Shown here: piece after piece, positions 52,401-62,754 of the stretch | Layout: each line of letters starts with the position of its first letter | Position numbering within the stretch: the first letter of the stretch is position 1 | DNA from: Takakia lepidozioides | Taxonomy: Eukaryota; Plantae; Bryophyta | DNA: 64,000 bases | Assembly: GCA_030704615.1 (NCBI GenBank) | Contig: CM060734.1 | Coordinates: 61,690,001 to 61,754,000, forward strand | Reading direction: 5' to 3' | Position numbers and translations under genes: made by a program | The notes under the pieces: model-generated | The model's database searches: none | The model's input: the letters and a program-made list of their open reading frames with translations, nothing else | What the model was told of the DNA's origin: nothing

Positions 52401-55400
52401 CTTGGTGATGCCTTTTGGGCTCACCAATGCACCAGCGACATTTAGCACGCTGATGAACAGCCTTTTCCAGGAGTGGTTGGATGACTTTGTGATCGTGTAC
52501 ATCGACGACATCTTGGTGTACTCGAAAACAAAGGAGGAGCACCTGGAGCACCTCAAAAGGGTGTTCCAAAAATTGCGAGAAGGGAAGCTGTATGCCAAAG
52601 CTTCAAAGTGCGAATTCGGGGTCACAAAAGTGGAGTTCTTGGGGCACGTGATTACACAGGATGGGATCAAAATGGATGACAGAAAGGTGAGGGCGATCTT
52701 GGACTGGGAGCCTCCGACTTCGGTCCCGGGAGTGCGATCCTTCCTAGGACTCGCCTCCTATTACCGGAAGTATGTGAGAAATTTCGCCAAGATCGCGGGG
52801 CCGCTGTCGGACCTTCTGTGTAAATCCAAAGTCTGGGTATGGAACACATTTTGTGGCCAAGCTTTTGCTGAATTGAAGCAGCGGATGACGGAAGCTCCAG
52901 TCTTAAAAATCCCGGAGTTCGATCGTCCGTTTGAGATTCATACAGATGCATCGGACTTCGCAATTGGGGGTGTACTTATGCAAGATGGACGTCCAGTGGC
53001 TTACGAAAGTAAGAAACTGAATGAAGTGGAGCGACGGTGGCCGACGCACGAAAAAGAGATGAAGGCGGTGGTACATTGCCTTGAACTCTGGCGCCACTAT
53101 GTTGGTTCCAACCCAGTGAAGGTGTTCACGGACAATGTCACGGTGAAGTATTTTGCCACGCAGCCCAAGTTGTCCCCAAAACAACTTAGGTGGCAAGATA
53201 CTTTGGCAGTGTTCGACGTGGATATCCAGTACAAACCGGGACGGGACAATGTGGTGGCCGATGCTTTAAGTAGAAAGCAGCAGCTCTTGTTGGTGTACAA
53301 AGGCGAGACGGCGCTCCAAAGGAAGATCCGGAAGGCTTGCCGGAAGGATGAGCTGGCAAAGTGCGTGATGCAGAACTTGAGAATGGGGGTTAAATCGCAG
53401 TTCCACTTGCAAAACGGACTGCTCCGGTATAAGCAAAAACGTCTCTATGTGCCAAAGGGAGGGATCAGGGATAGTCTCTTGAGAGAATGCCATGATAGCC
53501 CGCTTGCGGGCCACGGTGGAGCCAAGCGCACTGCGGCACTCTTGAAGAAAGAGTATTTCTGGCCCAAACTGAGGGAGGAGGCAGAGGAGTATGTAAAGAC
53601 ATGCACCACATGCCAACAAAACCGGAGCGAGTATAAAAAGCAAGCGGGGCTGTTACAACCCTTGCCGATTCCAGAGGGGACTTGGGAAAGCGTCTCGATG
53701 GATTTCATGACTGCTATGCCGCTGTCAAAAGGATTCGATGCAATCATGGTGGTGGTAGATAGGTTCAGTAAAATGGCCCATTTCATCCCCACCAAGGAGA
53801 CGGCAACTGCGCAGGAGACAGGGCGACTTTACTTCACCCACGTCTTAAAGCATCATGGAGTCCCGAAGGATATTGTCTCGGACCGCGACCCAAAGTTTAC
53901 GAGTAAATTCTGGAGAGCACTTTGGAAGAAGATGGGGACGAGGCTGAAGATGAGCACCGCCTTCCGACCTACGACGGACGGCCAAACGGAAAGAGTGAAT
54001 TCCGTAGTGAAGCAATTCTTGCGGAATTACGTGTCGGCAGACCAATCAGACTGGATGGAACACTTAGACGCGGCAGAGTTCTGTTATAATAACACAGAAC
54101 ACTCCGCGACGGGAGTTTCCCCTTTTGTGTTGGTCTATGGAAAAGCACCTCTGGTGCCGACAAGTTGGGCCGCCCAGGACGTTGAGGAACCAGCAGTAGC
54201 GGCGGTACTGGAAGAACGCGAGCGTTTGTTGAAGCTCGCAAAGTACAACATTGCCAAAGCTAGGAAACGGTATGAAAGGCAGGCGAATCGGAAGCGGAGG
54301 GAAGTGAAGTTTGAGGCAGGCACAGAGGTCTGGTTGAACATCAAGAATTTTCGACTACCTCCGGAAATGAGTCCGAAGTTCGTACCTCCGTATGCGGGTC
54401 CCTTTCGCATTCGGAGGGTTATGAATGAGGATGTGTATGAATTGGAGCTGCCAGCAAACAGCAAGGTGCACCCAGTATTCCATGTCTCCCTTTTGAAGCC
54501 TTACTTCAAAGATGAAGCACGTCCGAATCGTCAGCAAGTGTTGCGTCCGCCACCTATGCTGTTGGATCATGAAAATGAACCCGAGTACGAGGTGGAGGCA
54601 ATACTTAAGTCGAGGAGGTTCAAGAACCGAGAAACGGAGTATCTCGTCAAATGGAAGGGCTATCATCTTGTGGAGGCATCTTGGGTGCGTGCCTCAGAAA
54701 TGGGAAACGCATCCGAGGCAGTTGCAGCGTTCGAAGGGCGACCTCAAAAGCGGAAGAAGCGTTGATGGGGACATCAACCTTGGAGCGTGGGGGAGAAATG
54801 CATGCTTAGCCCGGTTTAGCTAGCTCAGGAATCCGATTGCAAAAACTTGTATTGTACAAAAATTTGTGATAAAGGAAATGGGTTCCAAATATTGTGCGTC
54901 CTATTGTGTTTGGAATGGTGATGCATGGTGTGGTTGGCTGGTGTGTAGAATGCATGCTAGCTTACAAAAGTGGGAGAGGTAAATTGGGTTAATCGTGTGT
55001 TTGCGCAGTGCCGAAATCGGGTGACTCCCATCCAAGGGGCAAGGAAACTTGCGCCTTATTTGGGAGTTCAAGTGCTAGTGCGCACCTGGCGCGTGCGCGT
55101 ACTATAACTGCGCTACCGAGGGGGTTGCCTTGTAGTGCGGGCTAACGCGGAAGCTACGTGCTTCCGTTCACGTACTATAATCGTGTAGCCTCGGGACGAA
55201 GTCGTAGTGCGGCTTCGGCGTGTTCCCGTACCTCAGGCCAGCATTCCAAGGCGGACCCAATTGTAGTGATTGGGGCGCACGGTTGGTTCAAGGTTATCTT
55301 CCTAGTCAAAGAGGGTTCCAGGTGAACCCTTGCTCAAGGTGATGCCAAAAGCGGCATCATGAGCGATCGCAAGCAATGTTGTTGCAGTAAGGCGATTCGA

Positions 55401-56393
55401 TCCTCGGGGAGGATCGTTCCTTGGCCTTGAAGTAGGCCAAGAAGAGTGCACTGGGGGAGCTGGAGAGGCTCCACCCTTGGCCGGGACTTGGAGGAAGTCG
55501 GCCGAACTAGCTAGTGGAGAGTGGAGTCAAGTGTGGGGTTTGGTTCTTTGCCATGGGACGCCATGGTACGGAAACAAACTCCTTGATGTGGGACGCCACA
55601 ACTTGGACGTTCGTTTCTACAAAATGGACAAAGTCGATGAGGACATCGACTCCCTGTTGGTAGGGGTGTGTGTCGCGGCCCTTTGCCTTGAGGGCAGGGG
55701 GTCGGGACACATGAGGGGCTGCCCCTGTGGTGGGGGCAGCGGCAGCGATAGGTATGGGGGGCTGAAGCACCCTTGAGTGCCCAAGGCACTCAAGGAGGCG
55801 GAGGCGCTCACTAGGTGGAGCCCCGCACACCGGGTTGCGGTGGAGGTGGCTCCACAAGGGGTGGTGGTAGCTTAGTGGGACTTAGTGGGGGTGGCATAGG
55901 ACTCACCATGGGGAGGAGACCTCGAGGTGGGAGTCGTGGGGAGTCTTGGGACTCATCACGGTCCATTGGGGCCGCGGTGAGTGGGCCAAGACTCACCGCG
56001 ACTCACCACCGGGAGTCGAGGGTTTTCGTGGTGGTTCGCCATAAAATGGCATGGCTGGTTATGAAACCCCCGCGGACAGCTACAGAAGTATATATAGGGA
56101 GTAGTAACCCCGAGAACGGTGCAAGCCCGTTGGTGACCAAAAACTAGTGAGTAAGCGAGCGAGCCGGAAAGCGACCAAAGAGTGGGGAGCTGTTCCGGAC
56201 TGCCATCTACCAAAGGGAATTCTCCTAGTCCCAAATAGGTGGAGGGTTTAGAGGGAAGCGGAAGGGGACCGTTATGTCCCGGTGAGCAGCCGAAACTCCA
56301 AGTTGGCCTGGGGGCCAGGTTGGGAGTCAGGCGCGCGCATCAAAGCGAGTAACTATGACTTGAAGGGAGTTTACCGAACTGAGGTGTGCGACA
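49425..56393 (+). mobile_element. Young Ty3/Gypsy chromovirus (Galadriel-like), 6969 bp
   Basis: Two 723-bp LTRs (49425-50147, 55671-56393) with no differences seen, perfect TSD GCTTT, tRNA-iMet PBS TGGTATCAGAGC (50150-50161), PPT before 55671. Confidence 0.98.
50203..54765 (+). CDS. Gag-Pol polyprotein (gag, CCHC, protease, RT, RNase H, integrase, chromodomain) with one in-frame TGA at 50548-50550
   Basis: [59 protein letters not shown], chromodomain EYEVEAIL...YLVKWKGY...SW. ORFs 50140 and 50611 are in the same frame. Confidence 0.95.
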
Positions 56394-56475
56394 GCTTTAC
56401 AGAAGAATGTAGTTGGTGTCTTATTTCAACAGATTCAGGAAGTCAGGCAGGCAGGAACGAATATGTATCAAGGCG

Positions 56476-57698
56476 AAAGTGATGATCGGCATCACCTTCG
56501 CCATTGCTTTATTTAAGCAAAGAATGCGATGTTCATTATGATTCAAGAGTGACAGGGAACTAAAGACGCATCTTGCAATGACGTCGAAGCGATGATCGGT
56601 AACGATCATCGCTTTGAGGTCCATTCCCTTCTTGTTCAGAACAGTTTAGAAATGGCGTGGTCTTTCAGGAAAGTGATGATCGGTACCGACCATCACATTC
56701 AACTCCCATTGTTTGTGCATCCCTTGGCACTTAAATAGTGATGGTCGGTACCGATCATCACTTTCGGCAATGACCGCATGTTAACCCAAAATCCTTTCTT
56801 GCACTGGAAGCCTTTGTACAATGAAATTCTTTAGGTGGAGAAATGTCCATTCAACTTCATATTTGGAATTGGAGAAACAGAAAAGTGATGGTCGGTGTCG
56901 ACCATTGCCTCCAAGTCCATTTCTATGCTCTATATCTCATACAATGAAATGCAGATTTTTGTTGTGAAGTGAAGATTGGTGCCGACCATCACATCCAGAC
57001 CTCATGGGTTGTGCTTCCCAAGGCAGTCTGATTGTAATGATTGGTACCGACCATCACTGTTTGAACGGTTTGGCAATACACCAGAATCCATAAAAGGAGA
57101 CCAAGTTGAGTGGGTGAAAGAAAGGATTCTGACTAAGAGTGATGATCGGTGCCGGCCATCACACTCAGACGTCATGGGGTTCGCTTCCTAATGCAATCTG
57201 ATTGTGATGATCGGTACCGATCATCACTTTTTGAACAGATTGGCAATGCACCAGAATCCAAGAGAGGACATCAAGTTCAATGTGTGATAGAGGGGATTCT
57301 GACTTTTAGTGATGATCGGTGCCGACCATCACATTTAGACCTCATGGGTTGTGCTTCCCAAGGCAGTCTGATTGTGATGATCGGTACCGACCATCACTTT
57401 TTGAACAGATTGGCAATGCACCAGAATCCAAAAGAGGACATCAAGTTCAATGAGTGATAGAATGGGTTCTGACTTCTAGTGATGATCGGTGCCGACCATC
57501 ACATTTAGACCTCGTGGGTGTTTGCATCCCAATGCTGTCTTGTGGTGATGTGCGGTACCGACCATCGCTTGCACCATCCTGATGGTTGGCACCGATCATC
57601 GCAATCTAGTGAGAACGGAGTCAAGGTGCATTGGGAAACCAAATAGGATTTCCATTCATTTGTTAGAAGACAAAGTGATGGTTGGTACTGATCGTCAC
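56476..57698. repeat. Cluster of about 14 copies of a 24-bp palindrome, including a 170-bp tandem repeat (about 3.5 units, 56968-57570)
   Basis: Consensus GTGATGATCGGTACCGATCATCAC (perfect at 57204-57227). Copies start at about 56589, 56673, 56738, 56885, 56969, 57034, 57139, 57204, 57309, 57374, 57479, 57545, 57579 and 57675, with a shortened copy at 56479. Confidence 0.95.
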
Positions 57699-59617
57699 TG
57701 TGTTAAAATGTCTGTTTTCCAGAACACCAGTTGAATGTTGTTGTTGTTGCGGTTTTGGGTATGCAGAAGAATGTAAAGTCCAAGCAGGCAGAAATAGATG
57801 CAAAGGGCTCTGGAGAAGGGAACGACTCCACAAAGAGTTCTGAGAACAGCGAAGACAATGACGAGCCTGAGTTGCACTACCTTGACAAGGTGAAACAACT
57901 CATGTCATATCAAAAGGTAAATTCCCAAGAGGTTATTAGGGACATGATCGTCTCTGGAGGACGTCTTGAAATCCCTCTCTGCCGGATGATCTCCATGCCT
58001 GTTGTTCGTCCTCCATTTTCGCATGACATTACCAAGTTGGAAACAGATTTCGTGCACAGGTATAGAATGGGTGCTCAAGTTTTTAACGTCTCACTGAAGG
58101 ATACTAATGGTCACAGCACAAAAGTGAGCCCAGAGATTACGGACAACTGGGATGATTGCTGGAAGGATGTGAATGACGAGTTCGAAGACTCTCTGCTGCT
58201 TGGACATAACACCCAACAGTTCTGCAACCACATGTTCTATGTCTGGGACGGGAACCATCGCTTGCTAGCTTGGATGGGGTACATTGCGAAACACCATTCA
58301 AAAGACAAGAACAAGCATTGTGCTGTGGAGGCAATGGTTTTGGATCCTGGGAACGACATCGCCAGACTTTTGACAGTTATGCATGACGTGAACAAGTAGG
58401 ACTTCCTAAGAAACCCATAGCCTTTCAAATTGCATGTTGTGCGCATTCAAGTCCAAATGTTAAATATTTCTTACGTATGCAATGTGTATTCCCTGTTTGC
58501 AGATCGACAGAGAAATCACATGTTACTACGAGCGTGGTCCACACACTATTCCGCATTCAGAGAATTGGTTTGATGAAGCTTGATGAGTTCTGCACAGTGC
58601 TACATCCTGATGTCATCAAGAAGTGCGAAACATGAAGATCTGCAGGGACCTGGTACTCGTTGACCCGAGATGCATTTTTGGAGTACATGTATGCGGTATG
58701 GCCCAAACCACTTCTTCCTATGTTATTACATACAAATTTGCAATTGTATGTCTGCTAATCCAATCGTTGATACTTGCAGCAAGAACTGGCAGATGCCACC
58801 GAGAGGGGGAAATCTGCCGCACTACAGCAGAAGAGTTGAGGACTGCTAAAGGAGTTGGAGCAGCCATAAAGAAGGAGTACGAGATAAGGAGAACGAAGCT
58901 GATGTCGGCCTTCCTGAAGCAATTGAGAATAATGGATCCCGGACTTGGGGAGGAGTTCCTTCTCCAAATCAAATCCCACTACGACAAGCATGTACATCCA
59001 GAGATGCAACAGGAGAAATTGCACAGGCTGGCTCTCTCTATGGTTGACAACCAGACAAAAGTGAGATGGCTTGAGATTTGGAACTCGGATCAGACGGTGA
59101 AGGATCTGAATCAGTTCCCAAAAAGCACAATCTAGCCTGGCACCAAGGTCGAGGGAATAAGTGATATTGTTTTTGATCAGTGGCTTCACAAGTCCACATT
59201 TTGGAGTCAGGTATTTGTGGATTCAAGTACCTGTTGTATATGAAATATCCTATAGCTTTGTCATGCGCAATTCTGATACATGTTCCCATTGCAGCTGGAG
59301 AAACGCGCCATTCTTGTCCTAGAGCAGAATTTGAAGGACTTGAATATTTCGATGGTCTCACCACCACAGATGACCTTGGAGGCGTACATTAGAAAGTGGA
59401 AAGGTCTCACATGGCGGTATTGTTTCTTCCGAGAGTTCTCCAAGGATGGCAACATATTGAGGTCGAACGATTTCGACAGTCAAGTTGGAGGGGAGTGGGC
59501 GATGATGCGTGTTGTTTTCAGGTGTAGTGCCATACGCCTATCTAGCACATTCTTTAAACTTTTTTCATGCCTCATTGAGAGAAGCTTTGTATTTATTTTC
59601 TGCTACACAGCAGTTTG

Positions 59618-61152
59618 GTGATGGTCGGTACCGATCATCACATCCACTGCTATGATATTCTCTAGTCAAACAGTTGTCACTGCTGATCATGTCTTTGTTT
59701 CCATCCTTAATCCTGCCTCTGTTATCATAGGCAGTCTGTTTCTGATGAATGAAGTGATGGTCGGTTCCGACCATCACATTTCCCATTTGTGCAGTCTACA
59801 TAATCATAAGGATTTTCCAACCCATTTTGCATTCTCTCTCATGTGAAAGTGATGATCGCCACCGATCATCACTTTCTTCTGCTTTCTGATATCTTGTTTT
59901 GGGGGATGGTGTTATTTTGAGCCTCCGCAGGTACACTAAATATGTGTTGATGGAAGGAAAACACCTGAGTGGAATCCCAGATTACCTGGACATGTGGTCC
60001 GATCCTGCCAACGATCCCACCATGTACACAGCTGGTATCTTGAGGGACTGGAGTCCTGCCCACTTCAGGGACTGTGGATGGTTACCTCGACTGCCCTCCA
60101 GAGCACACAACATTTCAAGAGCAGCAAATGAAGTATATGAACAACCATGCGGAGATGCTGGCACCTTTGAACGACGAAGAGTACCAGAGGAACATTGCTT
60201 CATTGGCCGCCAAGGAGCCAGACGCGCAGGCAACTCCACAGAAAGGCAGGAAGGCGGGTCGAAAGGGGAAAGATCCAAAGGCTCCGGAGGTAGTAGCCAA
60301 GTCACCTGGGAAGCCTAAGGACAAAAAGAAGGAGAAGGCTAAGGGGAAGGAGAAGGCGAAGGAGAAAGAGACGGAAAAGGAGAAAGGTGAGGACAAGGAG
60401 AAAGATGAGACCACTGGGAGGTACACCCTCAGTGTTCAATGTCCATTCGATGCCAAGCCACACCCTTCCCGTGCGGACTTGGCAGGGCAGATCAAGATTG
60501 TGAATGAGGGATGGCTGGCGATGATGGAGACTCGGAGAAAGAGTTACTCGGGGTGCCATCACCAACTTGGGATAACATGATTTCATTTCTTAATCTGGTA
60601 AGAATCTTTCTCTTCACATGGGACTTTCAAATTTTGTGTATGCCAATGTAGATGATGGTTTCTGTTGGGACCCTCATTTCTGTTTGACTTGAAATTATAC
60701 CGGTATGCTGCAGGTGAGCAATGGTCCCTCATTCGTATGCGGTGTTCAAAAACCTTTTGCCGCTGACATGGTCATCCTTGACATCCCAGACAGCCTGCCT
60801 GTCCCCGACGTTCCTCCAAAGGGAAAGACTCCATCCTGGAACAGATTCGATGAGAACTACTGGAGTTGGGTATTCGGCTTCTGCAATAATTTCCTTTCAG
60901 ATGCAAGAACGCTTTTGCTCTTCCAGCCATGTGATAAGGATAGTCGTAAGGGTCTGGCATCATACATGAAGTCGTCTGGGTTCGAAATTCTGAGGACATG
61001 GAATTGTGTGAACATCCTGTACCTTCTGAAAGGTGGTTGCCCTGGACAGCTGGTATGGCACCGCCCTACTCTGAACTGTTTCCCAATGTCTTTTCAGTTG
61101 TTTCTGCTGGCTTGCTCTACCACCATATGTGATGATCGGCACCGATCATCAC
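59618..61152. repeat. Further intronic copies of the 24-bp palindrome (59618, 59754, 59849, 61129)
   Basis: Direct matches to the consensus with 1-2 changes each; all lie between predicted exons. Confidence 0.9.
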
Positions 61153-62754
61153 AAAAACATTCCATTGTAGTTTGCATTTGCAGTCCATGTTCTGTTCTTT
61201 CCTGCGCCATAATTTCTTTCGAATTTCTATGTCTCACTCCTACCTTGCATCTTTGCCAGACAGGATGTTTGAGGCAATCTGCCTGAGGCGGATTCGCACT
61301 TCCAAAACACCTTCATCCGTTCGCAGCTTTGAAATTTCCGACCAGGGGTGTTTTGTCAACCCCCCATATAAACCGTATGTGGATGACATGTTGTACAATT
61401 TCATGCACTCCAGTCAGACAGCCAAAAGACCAGACGGGTTTCCGTGGAGAGGTGCAAGGGAGAGAACCCCAGCGTTCATGCAGATGCTCTTGGAGTCATG
61501 CAGCCACCATTCTGCAAGGGTGGTCGACCTCACACTATCCACAGGTTCGTTGGTTCAATATTGTTTCCATTTTGAAGGTCTTCCAGTTTGCATCCGATTT
61601 TGCATCCTCTACAACTTTCTTGAGGCTTTCTGTCTTGGCAGGTGCGACTTACCGTGCTTGCAAGGTTGGTGGGAGAAGCCTTTTTGGCATGGAGGGCGAC
61701 ACCGAACTATTCAAGAGTGTCCTCCTCCCTCTTGTGTCTGGCTCTACGTCTGGCACACAGACCGAACAAATTCAAATCAGCAGATCGACAACGACTTCTC
61801 ATGTGAGTAAGTCAGCCATGGAAATGTCATTCCAATTTGGGTGCTTGTTCAATTTTGCATACATCAAAATTGCAGTATTAACTTTTATCACGCTTTGACT
61901 TGCAGGAACGACAGCGATGGATCTTCAGGAGAAACCCCCATTTGTACTGAGACTGTTTTCGACAGTCCCCTTTCCACTTTTGTGCTTCCTGCCTATGCCG
62001 AAGCAATGGCACTTGAAATGGCTGAGGCTCTATCCCCTGACTACTTATTGCCTGATCGCAGGAATAGCCATCGTAGATCCGGAGTTCTGAAATTCTTGGA
62101 CTTGGATGCAGTAGACGCGGGGATACATTGTACTGACTCTGGATCAGACTGAACTTCGCATTTATTTTGTTCAATTTATATCCTATTCGGAACTCATTGA
62201 ATTCCCTTGCCTCATTGCATTTGTTCCGGCAGAAAAAAAAGTGATTCAAACAATCTACTCGGATTCAAATGTCAATCTTCATGAATCGATCCCCTCAACC
62301 CCTCACACTCATGTCATATCCATTGTGCATTCATCTATTGTGTATTCATGCATCCTCCATTCAAGAATGTTTTCCACCATTCAACATCCATCCCACATTC
62401 ATCCATTCGCTTGTATTGTTGCCACATATACATATATTTCTCATCCACTCTACATTCATCCATCCTGCATTCAATTGTTGCTTTCAGGTGGGGATGACCA
62501 CGTCCTTTTATTATTTCGTCGAACTTGTTTCCGCGGTTGAGGGTGCTCTTCCGCGGAAATACAGTTAATTGGCGCGCGTTGACGTGGCTTTTAAGCTCGA
62601 TGACGTGGAGTGAGCCCGGTGACGTGGCGTTCGTTCAAGGTGACGTGGCATGAGCGCGGCTGCGCTCATGCCACCAGGCTCACGCCGAGGCATCCCTGAT
62701 CGGTAGGTTGCATGGTCCCTACAACCGAAACCAATACACTTACTATGGTGCAAC

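Larger units (their letters stand above)
48936..62152 (+). pseudogene. Multi-exon ParB/Srx-like plus beta-class N6A/N4C DNA methyltransferase-like fusion gene; an intron carries the chromovirus; this copy is disrupted
   Basis: Approximate exons: 48936-49165, 49259-49339, 57767-58395 (YVWDGNHRLLAW), 58503-58695, 58780-59147, 59295-59521, 59931-60552, 60714-61052 (DMVILDIPD), 61260-61543 (RTPAFMQMLLESCS..ARVVDLTLSTG), 61642-61805 (ATYRAC...GRSLFGMEGD), 61906-62152. In-frame stops at 58633 and 59133, and probable frameshifts near 58820, 60083 and 61260. Linkage of the first two exons is inferred. Confidence 0.65.

Noticed and set aside
56589-57698. CRISPR array (24-bp palindromic repeats with spacers of about 40-80 bp)
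   Set aside because: Spacers are themselves repeated with a 170-bp period and are irregular in length. Repeats also occur singly in introns, no cas genes are present, and the context is eukaryotic.
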